NCBI GenBank assembly: GCA_963641885.1
Contig: CAVIDY010000006.1
Span: forward strand, 5,574-69,573
DNA length: 64,000 nucleotides
Source of the DNA: Bacteroidaceae bacterium
GTDB taxonomy: Bacteria; Pseudomonadota; Alphaproteobacteria; RF32; CAG-239
Direction: 5' to 3'
Under the pieces are notes generated by a model. The model did no database searches. It was not told the DNA's origin and worked only from the letters and a program-made list of their open reading frames with translations. Below are positions 48,168 to 57,988 of the stretch, piece by piece. The translations under genes and the position numbers were made by a program. How positions within the stretch are numbered: the stretch's first letter is position 1; every line of letters begins with the position of its first letter.

Positions 48168-49331
48168 ATGACTGCAAAACGTTTTATGTTAAATGAAACC
48201 AGCTATCACGGCTACGGCGCCAAAGATGAAGTAATCACCGAAGCTAAAGCCCGCGGCTTTAAAAAAGCTTTGATTGTTACCGATGCAGACTTGGTAAAAT
48301 TCGGCGTGGTGAAAAAAATCACCGATTTGCTGGATAAAAACAATATGGCTTATGCGATTTATGACAAAGTAAAAGCCAATCCGAGCGTAACTGTGGTTAA
48401 AGAAGGCGTTGAGGCTTTCAAAAAAGCCGGAGCCGACTATATGATTGCCATTGGCGGCGGTTCTCCGCAAGACACAGCCAAAGGTATCGGTATAATCATC
48501 AACAATCCGGAATTTGCCGATGTCGTTTCTTTGGAAGGCGTCGCTCCGACCAAGCATAAAAGCGTTCCGGTAATCGCTATTGCCACTACAGCCGGCACTG
48601 CTGCCGAAACCACTATTAACTATGTGATTACCGATGAAGAAAAGCGCCGCAAATTTGTCTGCGTTGATCCGCATGATATTCCGGTTGTGGCGATTGTCGA
48701 TCCGGAAATGATGTCTTCTATGCCGAAAGGTTTGACCGCTGCCACCGGTATGGATGCTCTTACTCACGCTATTGAAGGCTACACCACTCTGGCTTCTTGG
48801 GAATTGGCAGATACTTTGAATCTTAAAGCTATTGAAATTATCTCGCGTTCTTTGCGCAAAGCCGTGGAAAACGCCCCTAAAGGACGTGAAGATATGGCGC
48901 TTGGTCAATATATGACCGGTATGGCGTTTTCTAATGTCGGCTTGGGCGTTGTACATGGTATGGCTCACCCGCTCAGCGCGTTTTATAACACTCCGCATGG
49001 CGTGGCTAATGCGGTTCTGTTGCCGTATGTTATGGAATTTAATGCTCCATATACTGGCGAAAAATTCCGTGAAATTGCCCGCGCTATGGGTGTTAAAGGG
49101 GTTGATGAAATGTCGCAGGAAGAATACCGCAAAGCCGCTATTGATGCTGTAAAACAACTGAAAAAAGACGTAAACATTCCGGAAACCTTAAAAGATATCA
49201 ATGTTAAGGAAGAAGATTTGGAAGCTTTGTCCGAAGCTGCCATGGCAGATGTCTGCACCGGCGGCAATCCTCGTCCTTGCTGCAAAGAATTGGTATTGGA
49301 AGTTTATAAAAAGGCCTTTTATGGCAAATAA
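48168..49331 (+). CDS. Iron-containing alcohol dehydrogenase (lactaldehyde reductase/FucO-like)
   Basis: 387 aa. AIGGGSPQDTAKG, ...DALTHAIE..., HGMAHPLSAFYNTPHGVANA. Confidence 0.85.
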   Translation: MTAKRFMLNETSYHGYGAKDEVITEAKARGFKKALIVTDADLVKFGVVKKITDLLDKNNMAYAIYDKVKANPSVTVVKEGVEAFKKAGADYMIAIGGGSPQDTAKGIGIIINNPEFADVVSLEGVAPTKHKSVPVIAIATTAGTAAETTINYVITDEEKRRKFVCVDPHDIPVVAIVDPEMMSSMPKGLTAATGMDALTHAIEGYTTLASWELADTLNLKAIEIISRSLRKAVENAPKGREDMALGQYMTGMAFSNVGLGVVHGMAHPLSAFYNTPHGVANAVLLPYVMEFNAPYTGEKFREIARAMGVKGVDEMSQEEYRKAAIDAVKQLKKDVNIPETLKDINVKEEDLEALSEAAMADVCTGGNPRPCCKELVLEVYKKAFYGK

Positions 49332-49358
49332 TTCGTAACCGAAAATCTATACACCTCG

Positions 49359-49391
49359 CACCGCCTTGCTTTTGCAAAGCGGTGTTTTTTT
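49359..49391 (+). terminator. Rho-independent terminator
   Basis: caccgccttgc-tttt-gcaaagcggtg (one mismatch) followed by T7. Confidence 0.75.
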
Positions 49392-49476
49392 ATAACCTGC
49401 AATTTGTTACAGAAAATAAAAAACGCCTCTTTAGAGACGTCTTTTATTTCAAAACAAAAGTTCGAATCGAACAATG

Positions 49477-50835
49477 CTAAGCAGATTTTTTAGCTTTCTT
49501 TTCTTTCTTAGCACCAGCTTCGCTAAAGTCATACAGTTCTTCAACAGAAACTTCTTTATCAGCCACGTTAGCTTTTTCCAAAACATAATCAACGATTTTT
49601 TCTTCATATGCAGGAGCTTTCAATGCTTCAACAGCATCTTTATTCTTTACATAGTATTCCAAAACCATTTTTTCTTGTCCTGGATAACGCTTTGCTTCAT
49701 TCATAATAGCCTTGTTTACGTCATCTGCAGACAGCTGCAATTTAGCATCGGCACCAATTTCAGAAAGCAGCAAGCCCAATTTAACGCGGCGCAGAGCAAT
49801 TTCTTTATATTCAGCCAAAACGTCTTTTTCATCACGAGCTTTTTCGCTTTCGTCCAACTGATTTTTAGCTTTAGCGTCTTGATATTGTTTTTCAATAGCT
49901 GCATATTCAGCATCAATCAATTTTTGAGGAACTTCAAAGCTGTATTCTTTATCCAAAGCGTCCAGCAAATCGCGTTTTAATTTAATGCGTGAAGTTGCGT
50001 TGTAGTCTTCCAAAATACGAGCTTCAATTTTAGATTTCAAATCGGCAACGTCTTTTGCGCCCATAGATTTTGCAAATTCATCATTCAATTCAACCGGCTT
50101 ATATTCGCGGATTTCTTTGATTGTGGTAACAAACAAAGCTTCTTTACCAGCCAAATCTTTAGCATGATAATCAGTAGGGAAAGTGGTTTTAACATTAACT
50201 GTTTCACCAGCTTTTTTACCGATTAACTGGTCTTCATAGCCTGGAATGAAAGAGTTAGAGCCCAATTCCAACGGATATGCATTACCTTTACCGCCTTGGA
50301 ACTCAACACCATCGATAGAGCCGACAAAGTCTATAACGGCGATATCGCCTTTTTTGGTGGCTCTGTCTTCTTCTACTTTTGCAGAATCACGGCGGGAATC
50401 TGTCATATATTTAACAGCTTTTTCAATTTCTTCAGCCGGAACTTTGGCAACATATTTGTTTAAAGTAATTTTAGAAAAATCACCTACTTTAATTTCAGGC
50501 AAAACTTCTACTTCAACTGTAAATTCAACGTCTTTGCCGTCTTCAAATTTTTCAATTTTGATATCCGGAGTAACAGCCGGACGCAATTTGTTGTTGGCAA
50601 TAACTTCATTAACAGCATCGCGGATCATATCGTCAAGAACTTCGCCTAAAACGCTTGGACGATATTGTTTGTCAATCATTGCTTTTGGCGCGTGACCAGC
50701 TCTGAATCCCGGAAGTTTAACTTTTTTAGCAACCTGTTCCAATTTTTTATCAACAGCAGTGGCAAAATCGGCAGCAGCCAAAGTAACATTATACTTTTTA
50801 TTCAAACCTTTTGCTTTTTCTTCTTTTACATTCAT
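49477..50835 (-). CDS. tig: Trigger factor
   Basis: 452 aa. N-terminal ribosome-binding region ...KLPGFRAGHAPK..., an FKBP domain and a Lys-rich tail. Confidence 0.9.
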   Translation of the reverse strand: MNVKEEKAKGLNKKYNVTLAAADFATAVDKKLEQVAKKVKLPGFRAGHAPKAMIDKQYRPSVLGEVLDDMIRDAVNEVIANNKLRPAVTPDIKIEKFEDGKDVEFTVEVEVLPEIKVGDFSKITLNKYVAKVPAEEIEKAVKYMTDSRRDSAKVEEDRATKKGDIAVIDFVGSIDGVEFQGGKGNAYPLELGSNSFIPGYEDQLIGKKAGETVNVKTTFPTDYHAKDLAGKEALFVTTIKEIREYKPVELNDEFAKSMGAKDVADLKSKIEARILEDYNATSRIKLKRDLLDALDKEYSFEVPQKLIDAEYAAIEKQYQDAKAKNQLDESEKARDEKDVLAEYKEIALRRVKLGLLLSEIGADAKLQLSADDVNKAIMNEAKRYPGQEKMVLEYYVKNKDAVEALKAPAYEEKIVDYVLEKANVADKEVSVEELYDFSEAGAKKEKKAKKSA

Positions 50836-50888
50836 TGTGATTTTCTCTAAAATAAATTGTTATTAACTCAAAACCATCAAAAAAACGA

Positions 50889-50973
50889 TGGTGCGGGTAA
50901 AGAGACTCGAACTCTTAAGCCTCGCGGCACCAGATCCTAAGTCTGGCGTGTCTACCAATTTCACCATACCCGC
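50889..50973 (-). tRNA. tRNA-Leu (anticodon UAG), long variable arm, CCA encoded
   Basis: The reverse complement folds as GCGGGTA-TG-GTG..CAC-...ccaga/ctTAGga/tctgg-variable arm-aagag/ttcgagt/ctctt-tacccgc-a-cca. Confidence 0.9.
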
Positions 50974-51119
50974 GCTGGGATTATTTCCCAATTACCGCGG
51001 ATTAGAGCATAAAACTTTTTATAAATCAAGCAATTTTTAGCACTTAACCCACAAAAATCTTGCAAATCAGTAAATTTCAGTTATAACTTGCTCTAATAAA
51101 TAAAGTAGTAGAGGAAAAA

Positions 51120-52709
51120 ATGCCTGAACAAATTGTCAACAAACGCAAAACTTTTGCCATTATTTCACACCCTGATGCTGGTAAAACCACTTTAACCGAA
51201 AAATTGCTGCTGTTCGGCGGCGCCATTCAGCAAGCCGGAGCCGTCAAAGCCCGCGGCGAAAACCGCCACGCCCACTCCGATTGGATGAAAGTTGAACAGG
51301 AACGCGGTATTTCCGTGGCGTCTTCCGTAATGAACTTTGACTATAACAACATCACTTTCAATTTGCTGGACACCCCAGGGCACGAAGACTTTTCCGAAGA
51401 CACCTATCGGGTTTTGACTGCCGTTGATTCGGCTGTAATGGTTTTGGACTCTGCCAAAGGTATTGAAACTCAAACTAAAAAATTGTTTGAAGTCTGCCGT
51501 TTGCGCAACATTCCGATTATTACTTTTATTAACAAACTCGACCGCGAAGGCTTAGATCCGTTTGAACTGCTGGACGATATTGAAAAGACCTTGGCTTTGG
51601 ACGTTACTCCGGCGAGTTGGCCTATCGGCAGCGGCAAAGACTTTTTAGGCTGCTATGATTTGATTAACGACCAGCTCATTTTAATGAACAAAAACGGCAG
51701 CAAGTCGCTGATTAACGACACTATTGAAACCTGCAAGGGCTTAGACGACCCGAAACTAGACGAGCTTCTGCCGGCGTATGCCGTTAAAAAACTGCGTGAA
51801 GATGTAGAAATGGTGCGCGAGCTTTGTCCGGCGTTTGATTTGGAGCTGTATTTAGCTGGCGCTTTAACTCCGGTATTTTTCGGCAGTGCCGTCAACAATT
51901 TCGGCGTGCGCGAAGTCTTAAACGGTCTGCACGAATTTGCCCCTACCCCACGCCCTCAGCCAAGCGCTGAACGCGTGGTTAACGCTGACGAAAAGAAAGT
52001 AACCGGCTTTGTCTTCAAAATTCAAGCAAATATGGATCCGAAACACCGTGACCGCATTGCCTTTATGCGTATTTGTTCCGGACACTTTAAGCGCGGCATG
52101 AGCTTGCTGCAAGTCCGCACTGGCAAAGATATTAAAGTGCCGACTCCGGTTATGTTTTTGGCTCAGGAACGTGAATTGGCAGAAGACGCTTACGCTGGCG
52201 ATATTATCGGTATTCCAAACCACGGGCAGCTGCGTATCGGCGACACTTTAACCGAAGGCGAAAAGCTGCACTATACAGGCATTCCAAGTTTTGCACCGGA
52301 ACTTTTGAAATCTGTCCGCGCTAAAGACCCTCTGAAATCCAAACACTTAGCCAACGCACTTCAGCAAATCGCCGAAGAAGGAGGCGCCAGCATTTTCAAA
52401 CCGATTGTCGGTTCTGAATATATTGTCGGTGTGGTTGGCGTGCTTCAGTTTGAAGTAATTGCTGATCGCCTGCGCACGGAATTTAATATTGACGTTATTT
52501 TTGAACCGACGCAATATTATACCGCACGCTGGGTCAGCAGCTCCGATAAAGCGGAATTGGGAAAATTTTATAACACTAACCAAATGAACATTGCCGACGA
52601 CTACGATGGCGAAAAAGTCTTTTTAGCACGCAACGCTTGGCATTTGGGCAAAATCAAAGAAGATTTTCCACATTTGGAACTGCATAAAACCCGTGAACAA
52701 GCAATTTAA
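51120..52709 (+). CDS. prfC: Peptide chain release factor 3
   Basis: 529 aa. RKTFAIISHPDAGKTTLTEKLLLFGGAIQ, DTPGHEDF, NKLDR. Confidence 0.9.
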   Translation: MPEQIVNKRKTFAIISHPDAGKTTLTEKLLLFGGAIQQAGAVKARGENRHAHSDWMKVEQERGISVASSVMNFDYNNITFNLLDTPGHEDFSEDTYRVLTAVDSAVMVLDSAKGIETQTKKLFEVCRLRNIPIITFINKLDREGLDPFELLDDIEKTLALDVTPASWPIGSGKDFLGCYDLINDQLILMNKNGSKSLINDTIETCKGLDDPKLDELLPAYAVKKLREDVEMVRELCPAFDLELYLAGALTPVFFGSAVNNFGVREVLNGLHEFAPTPRPQPSAERVVNADEKKVTGFVFKIQANMDPKHRDRIAFMRICSGHFKRGMSLLQVRTGKDIKVPTPVMFLAQERELAEDAYAGDIIGIPNHGQLRIGDTLTEGEKLHYTGIPSFAPELLKSVRAKDPLKSKHLANALQQIAEEGGASIFKPIVGSEYIVGVVGVLQFEVIADRLRTEFNIDVIFEPTQYYTARWVSSSDKAELGKFYNTNQMNIADDYDGEKVFLARNAWHLGKIKEDFPHLELHKTREQAI

Positions 52710-52733
52710 TTTTATTACCTGTTAAGAAATCTA

Positions 52734-52767
52734 AAGCAAACCTTGCGTTTTTGTCAGGTTTGCTTTA
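52734..52767 (+). terminator. Rho-independent terminator of prfC
   Basis: aaagcaaacct / aggtttgcttt 11-bp stem followed by aatttt. Confidence 0.65.
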
Positions 52768-52810
52768 ATTTTACAATAAATATTGTCAGTAACCTATAGG
52801 AGATAAACTG

Positions 52811-54511
52811 ATGAAGTTTGCAGCAGGTTTAATCAAAATTTTCAGCGGAATGCTGTCCGCAGTCGTTTTCGGTGCGTTTTTATACTACACCTACCAATAT
52901 CAAATCACCCAAGAACACACTGATTTATTTATAGCCGACATTGCCTTGGCGGTATTTTTAATTTCTGCCGTAACATTTGCATTACTTTTTATTTTATTTG
53001 ATGTTTACCAAAACAAAAATACCGAAAGCAATTTAGTTAAGTTGCTAAAAGGCACTGATTTTGGCAAAAACAATGAAAACAGCAACATCACGGATTTGCT
53101 GGTTAAAATAGCCTCGCTCAACAATCAAACCAACCAACTTTTAGATTCCCGTCTAAATGAAATCAACACCGGTTTAAACTCGCTGAACAACAGCTCCGAG
53201 GTCAACAACACTAATCTGCAATCCAGCTTAGAGCAGCTGGCAACCATCTGCGGTGAAATTTCAAAATATGTTGATAATATTAAAACCGAAAAAAGCAAAG
53301 ATCGTCAATTTGCTGTCAGCAACAGCGGCAACTTTGATCTTTTAATTGCTACAGTTTCTGCTCTTAGTACTGATTTTAAGGATATGAACGGTCACCTGAT
53401 TGACGCCGTCAACCGTATCAATCACTATATAAAATCAAGCATTAAAGACCATACCAATATTGACAATGACATTAAAGACTTGCTGAAAGAAATTCTTAGC
53501 GAAAAAAACAGTAACAACACCAACCGAAATTTACCGGTTGTAGAACCGGAACAGCCGACCATGGATATTGCTGCCGCCGCTAAAGAAGGAACCAACGAAC
53601 CTGCCCCGCAGTCTATTGCCGATTTTTATGAAGAACGTTTCAAAGAAATAAACGAAGACCAAGCAGAAAGAAATGAAAACGCTCCGGCAGAAGTTACTGA
53701 AGACAGCGAAGTTTTGCAAGAAAATGAACAGCGTATAGACAGCTTGCTCAGCACGCCGGAACAAGCCGAAACTTTTGCTCCGCAACCTCAAGATTTTACT
53801 GTTTCGCAAGAAGATATGCAAGTAGAAAAACAAGCCGATGCTGAAACAGCAACAGCTGAAGAAAAAGAGCCGTGGAATACGGCGCTTGGCGAAGAAATTT
53901 CCACAGCCGAGCAAGAATATCTGCCGCAGCAAAACACCACAGCAGAAGAACCTGTTGTTGAAGAGCCTGTTATTGCAGAAACTGTTGCTGATGAACCTGT
54001 TGTTGAAGAGCCTGTTATTGCAGAAACTGTAGAAACGCCAGTCGATTTTGATGTAAACACCGCTGTTTCTGATAGTTTTGAAGCCCCTGCGGAAGTTGAA
54101 TCGCCAAACATCTCTGAATCGGTAACTACCATTGATGAACCGCATGTTGAACCATATTTTGAACAGCCTGTTGAAACAACTATTTCTGAGCCGGCTTCGG
54201 TAGATGATTTTTCACTTGCCGCCAGCGACCCGTTTAATCCGTCGCCGGAACATTTCGCCGACTTGAAACAAGCAAATACTGACAATACTGCCAGCACATC
54301 TTTTGATTTGCAAGATGAAGAGCCTGTTTCCATAGATTTGCCGAATGAAGAAAGCAATGTCAAACTTGACGACATTTTCAATGACGATTTTGCTTCTGAA
54401 ATAGCGGATTTAGACATTTTGAAAGATGATGCAAATAACCAAAACGCGGGAGAAATCTCGGTAGAAGATTTGCTTGCCGATGACAAAGACCCGTACAACC
54501 CGAACAAATAA
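52811..54511 (+). CDS. Membrane-anchored, highly acidic low-complexity protein
   Basis: 566 aa with two N-terminal TM helices. The C-terminal half is E/P/V/D-rich with a duplicated EEPVVEEPVIAETV motif. Confidence 0.6.
   Translation: MKFAAGLIKIFSGMLSAVVFGAFLYYTYQYQITQEHTDLFIADIALAVFLISAVTFALLFILFDVYQNKNTESNLVKLLKGTDFGKNNENSNITDLLVKIASLNNQTNQLLDSRLNEINTGLNSLNNSSEVNNTNLQSSLEQLATICGEISKYVDNIKTEKSKDRQFAVSNSGNFDLLIATVSALSTDFKDMNGHLIDAVNRINHYIKSSIKDHTNIDNDIKDLLKEILSEKNSNNTNRNLPVVEPEQPTMDIAAAAKEGTNEPAPQSIADFYEERFKEINEDQAERNENAPAEVTEDSEVLQENEQRIDSLLSTPEQAETFAPQPQDFTVSQEDMQVEKQADAETATAEEKEPWNTALGEEISTAEQEYLPQQNTTAEEPVVEEPVIAETVADEPVVEEPVIAETVETPVDFDVNTAVSDSFEAPAEVESPNISESVTTIDEPHVEPYFEQPVETTISEPASVDDFSLAASDPFNPSPEHFADLKQANTDNTASTSFDLQDEEPVSIDLPNEESNVKLDDIFNDDFASEIADLDILKDDANNQNAGEISVEDLLADDKDPYNPNK
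53948..54030 (+). repeat. Intragenic 45-nt direct repeat (2 copies)
   Basis: gaacctgttgttgaagagcctgttattgcagaaactgt occurs at 53948 and 53993. Confidence 0.8.
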
Positions 54512-54542
54512 ATTCTTAAATTAAATTATTGCAAACCAAAAA

Positions 54543-54572
54543 ATACAGTGTTATCTTAGCACTGTATTTTTT
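54543..54572 (+). terminator. Rho-independent terminator
   Basis: atacagtg / cactgtat stem followed by a T-run. Confidence 0.7.
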
Positions 54573-54603
54573 ATTTTGATGTTTCATTTTTAATATAATC
54601 ATT

Positions 54604-56034
54604 ATGGAAAAATTTGTTTATAATCCAAGGTCTTCCAAAGCTGAGGAGTTCATTTCGCATGACGAAATTTGCGCCACGCTGAACTATGCCGACCAAAACA
54701 AAAACAATCTGGCTTTAGTTCGGCAGATTTTGCAAAAAGCCGAGCAGGAAAAAGGCTTGACACACCGTGAAGCTTCGGTTTTGCTGGCTTGTGACAATCC
54801 GGAAGTTGAGGCAGAAGTTTTTGCCCTTGCCGCACGTATAAAACAAAATTACTACGGCAACCGCATTGTGCTTTTTGCCCCGCTCTATCTTTCCAATTAC
54901 TGTGTCAACAGCTGTGTTTATTGCCCTTACCACATCAAAAACAAGCATATCTTCCGCAAAAAGATGACTCAAGAAGAAATCCGTCAGGAAGTTATTGCCT
55001 TGCAGGACATGGGACATAAGCGCTTGGCGTTGGAATTGGGAGAAGACCCGATAAACAACCCGATTGAATACGTTTTGGAAAGTATCAAAACTATTTACAG
55101 TATCAAGCACAAAAACGGAGCAATCCGCCGCGTCAATGTCAACATTGCCGCCACCACGATAGAAAATTATACCAAGCTGCACCAAGCAGGTATTGGCACT
55201 TACATTCTGTTTCAAGAAACTTATAACAAGGAATCTTATGAACAGCTGCACCCCAAAGGTCCTAAGCACGACTATGCTTGGCATACAGAAGCCATGGACA
55301 GGGCTATGCAAGGTGGAATTGACGATGTCGGGCTGGGCGTATTGTTCGGCTTGTCAACCTATCGTTACGAGTTCAGCGGTTTGCTGATGCACGCCGAACA
55401 TCTTGAAGCCGTATTCGGAGTTGGACCGCACACTATCAGCGTCCCTCGCCTACGTTCGGCAGATGATATTGACCCAAGCCAATTCAGCAACTGCGTGCCG
55501 GATAATATCTTTGCGAAAATCGTGGCGTTAATCCGCATTGCCGTGCCTTATACTGGTATGATTGTTTCTACCCGCGAGAGTCAAAAAACGCGGGAGCAAG
55601 TTCTAAAACTTGGTATCTCGCAAATCTCCGGCGGTTCTAAAACTTCTGTTGGCGGTTATGTTAAGCCGGAAGCGGAAGACGAACGTTCAGAGCAGTTTGA
55701 AGTTGAAGACACCCGTTCGCTTGATGAGGTTATCAACTGGCTGATTCGGCTGGGATATGTACCGAGTTTCTGTACCGCCTGCTATCGTTCCGGACGCACT
55801 GGAGACCGCTTTATGGAACTTTGCAAAGCCAAACAAATCCATAACTGCTGTCACCCGAACGCGCTTATGACTTTGGAAGAATTTTTGACCGATTACGCTT
55901 CGGCTGAGACCCAAGCTGTCGGCGAAAAACTGATTGAGCAGGAGCTAAAAACGTTTCCGCCGAAACTTGCCGAGGCTATCCATGAAAGACTGGATAAAAT
56001 CCGCCGCAATCAGGGAAATGACTTTTACTTTTAA
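54604..56034 (+). CDS. hydG: [FeFe]-hydrogenase maturase HydG (radical SAM tyrosine lyase)
   Basis: 476 aa. CVNSCVYCPY (CX3CX2C) and a C-terminal CTACYRSGRTGDRFMELCKAKQIHNCC that fits the HydG-specific CX2CX22C. Confidence 0.8.
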   Translation: MEKFVYNPRSSKAEEFISHDEICATLNYADQNKNNLALVRQILQKAEQEKGLTHREASVLLACDNPEVEAEVFALAARIKQNYYGNRIVLFAPLYLSNYCVNSCVYCPYHIKNKHIFRKKMTQEEIRQEVIALQDMGHKRLALELGEDPINNPIEYVLESIKTIYSIKHKNGAIRRVNVNIAATTIENYTKLHQAGIGTYILFQETYNKESYEQLHPKGPKHDYAWHTEAMDRAMQGGIDDVGLGVLFGLSTYRYEFSGLLMHAEHLEAVFGVGPHTISVPRLRSADDIDPSQFSNCVPDNIFAKIVALIRIAVPYTGMIVSTRESQKTREQVLKLGISQISGGSKTSVGGYVKPEAEDERSEQFEVEDTRSLDEVINWLIRLGYVPSFCTACYRSGRTGDRFMELCKAKQIHNCCHPNALMTLEEFLTDYASAETQAVGEKLIEQELKTFPPKLAEAIHERLDKIRRNQGNDFYF

Positions 56035-56046
56035 TGTTTACAAAAA

Positions 56047-56079
56047 ATCCGCCTGCTTTTATAACAGACGGATTTTTTT
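56047..56079. terminator. Bidirectional terminator between convergent genes
   Basis: atccgcctg / cagacggat (one mismatch), flanked by an A-run and a T-run. Confidence 0.6.
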
Positions 56080-56084
56080 AAGTT

Positions 56085-56963
56085 TTATTCGCAAGCCTTA
56101 TGTTCCGGCAGAGCTAAATATTTTTGATATTCATTTGCCATATCTTCATTCACATAAGCCGTGATTTCTGCATCAGCATTTTGCTGCTTTTCCACCAAAT
56201 TCCAAACCCTGTCAGTCAAATACGGACGCATCTTATTATATGGAATAACAAAAGCAATCATACCGTCGGCATAGCTGGCAATTTCATATTGCTGATAGGC
56301 AAAACCGACACCGCTGGCTGTTAAAAAAGGCTTGCTTGCAGGCAATGGTAAATTATTTGCATCAAATTCGCCAAACACCGCGTCTTGTAACTTTTCCGGT
56401 TGGAACTCACATTTATAAACAGCGGCTCTCTGTGTGCTGAAATAAGCCGAAACCCCTTGTTTCAAAAGCTGTTTAAATTCTTGGGTAGCAGTGCGCTTGT
56501 TCAAAATTACATCATTTAGCGGCTCGCCATTGCGCTTGTTAACTGAAACCGCCTGCCAAAAGGGCATTCCATGCGCTCCACCGGTATAAGTATAGGCATA
56601 TTTTTCAAAAGTAATAAAATCCGGCGTCTGCGTTGTCATTTTGATTTCGCCGTTATATGTATATGGCTCAGTCGGCTCAAAAACCTCTGCTTTAAGCTTA
56701 TCATTTTCTTCTGCTGCAAATTGCTGTAGAATTTTATCGGCATCAGCCAAATTTCCACTATAATCAGCAATCAGTAAATCAGCAACTTGCTGGCGGATTT
56801 TATCCAAAATTTCATTGCCGCCGGATTGCGGATATTCCATTTCTACAGTTGTTTTAACATGTTCTCCGTCTAAGGAAATATTATATTTTTCGGTTGTAAC
56901 CATATTATCGTTATGACAAGCCGCCGCAGCCAGCACCAACACCGCGCCCCAAATTTTATTCAT
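56085..56963 (-). CDS. DUF3298/DUF4163-type lipoprotein (RsiV/PdaC C-terminal-like)
   Basis: 292 aa with lipobox LAAAAC. ...YAYTYTGGAHGMPF... is the DUF3298 hallmark. Confidence 0.65.
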   Translation of the reverse strand: MNKIWGAVLVLAAAACHNDNMVTTEKYNISLDGEHVKTTVEMEYPQSGGNEILDKIRQQVADLLIADYSGNLADADKILQQFAAEENDKLKAEVFEPTEPYTYNGEIKMTTQTPDFITFEKYAYTYTGGAHGMPFWQAVSVNKRNGEPLNDVILNKRTATQEFKQLLKQGVSAYFSTQRAAVYKCEFQPEKLQDAVFGEFDANNLPLPASKPFLTASGVGFAYQQYEIASYADGMIAFVIPYNKMRPYLTDRVWNLVEKQQNADAEITAYVNEDMANEYQKYLALPEHKACE

Positions 56964-57139
56964 CTGTTTTCTCCTTATTTATTGCATATTTTCTTAAATA
57001 ATAAGCAAGCAAAATTCAATGTCAATATTTGCAAAAATATATTGCGGATATATCTTGACAAGTTTTTAAATAATGTTATTTTACAGCAGTTTTTCTATTA
57101 TTTATTTCAATTATTTTTCACATAAAATTTTTTATCATT

Positions 57140-57355
57140 ATGGTACTACAAGTAATTTTTGGAGTTAGCGTGCTGGTTATTTTTTCTCTTACTGCCGTTG
57201 CCGGAATTGTCCTCAACCGCAGAGAGTGCCGCAACATCGCCGTTTCACAACACAAGCAAGTCAGTGATTTCACCAAGGGATATATCTGCATATATTCCGT
57301 TTTGATTGTCGCCACTGGTTTCATACTTGCTAAAGCAGGATTTTTTGGCTGCTAA
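57140..57355 (+). CDS. Small 2-TM membrane protein
   Basis: 71-aa ORF, hydrophobic hairpin. No family recognised. Confidence 0.35.
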   Translation: MVLQVIFGVSVLVIFSLTAVAGIVLNRRECRNIAVSQHKQVSDFTKGYICIYSVLIVATGFILAKAGFFGC

Positions 57356-57473
57356 GAAATTCGCCTTGGAAACTTTGATTTATTCCAAGGTCATTTTTTT
57401 TATTCTTTTATTGACAAAATCAACAAAATACCATACACTGTTTATATCATTTAATTTTTAACACTTTATCATT

Positions 57474-57695
57474 ATGTCTAGTTTTACTTATGCTATTTGT
57501 TTAGCCGTCGGCTTTTTCGTGGTAATCGGCATTGGCTCCTACCTTGACAGCCGCAGTCATAAAAAAGCCCTAGCCGTCGGAAAAACTCCTAAACCGGAAC
57601 AGCAGCCTAACTACAGCGGCAATTTTATGGTCTACTATCTGATTTTGTGTTTTATCATCAGCATCATTTTAAAACTCTTAAATCTGATTGAGTAA
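57474..57695 (+). CDS. Small 2-TM membrane protein
   Basis: 73-aa ORF, hydrophobic hairpin, followed by a terminator. Confidence 0.4.
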   Translation: MSSFTYAICLAVGFFVVIGIGSYLDSRSHKKALAVGKTPKPEQQPNYSGNFMVYYLILCFIISIILKLLNLIE

Positions 57696-57714
57696 TGAAT
57701 ACTCCAACAAAAAA

Positions 57715-57747
57715 ACAGCCCTGATTTTTTATCACGGCTGTTTTTTG
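57715..57747. terminator. Bidirectional terminator
   Basis: acagcc-c-tgat / atca-c-ggctgt composite stem, flanked by A7 and T6. Confidence 0.6.
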
Positions 57748-57752
57748 TTTAT

Positions 57753-57843
57753 TGGCGGTGAGACAGGGATTTGAACCCTGGGTACCCGAAATGGGTACAA
57801 TTGATTTCGAGTCAATCGCATTCGACCACTCTGCCATCTCACC
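57753..57843 (-). tRNA. tRNA-Ser (anticodon CGA), long variable arm, CCA encoded
   Basis: The reverse complement folds as GGTGAGA-TG-GCAG..-attga/ctCGAaa/tcaat-tgtacccatttcgggtac-caggg/ttcaaat/ccctg-tctcacc-g-cca. Confidence 0.9.
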
Positions 57844-57926
57844 ATATGACCAGTTTGGTTGTATGACAGTTTAAGTAAAAAAGCAAGCATTTTTTAGATT
57901 TATTAAAACATTTTAAATTGTGCCGC

Positions 57927-57955
57927 TTGACAAAAAACACAAAAAGGTATATACA
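57927..57955 (+). promoter_or_regulatory. Sigma70-type promoter
   Basis: TTGACA-17 nt-TATACA. It lies inside the 5' end of the ORF-track model (57920), so the real start must be downstream. Confidence 0.55.
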
Positions 57956-57988
57956 TACTTACATTGTTTAATTTTTAATTTTTGTATT

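Noticed and set aside
48189-49157. A 322-aa ORF antisense to the Fe-alcohol dehydrogenase. Similar long antisense ORFs lie at 1047-1742, 14766-15503, 47038-47448, 53531-54145, 53788-54507 and 54715-55311.
   Set aside because: In every case the sense-strand gene carries unmistakable family motifs. The antisense translations are low-complexity with no motifs or SD sequences, so they are shadow ORFs.
51120-52709. Checked for programmed frameshifting in the release-factor gene.
   Set aside because: The gene is prfC (RF3), a GTPase with an uninterrupted frame. The +1 frameshift is a property of prfB, which is not in this window.
57781-57800. The T-arm of tRNA-Ser (cagggttcaaatccctg) is nearly identical to that of tRNA-Lys (cagggttcgaatccctg), raising the question of a second copy of the 173-bp element there.
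   Set aside because: Only the generic T-arm is shared. None of the repeat core (for example ggttcgacaagg or gcatgccggtgag) is seen near tRNA-Ser or anywhere else in the window.
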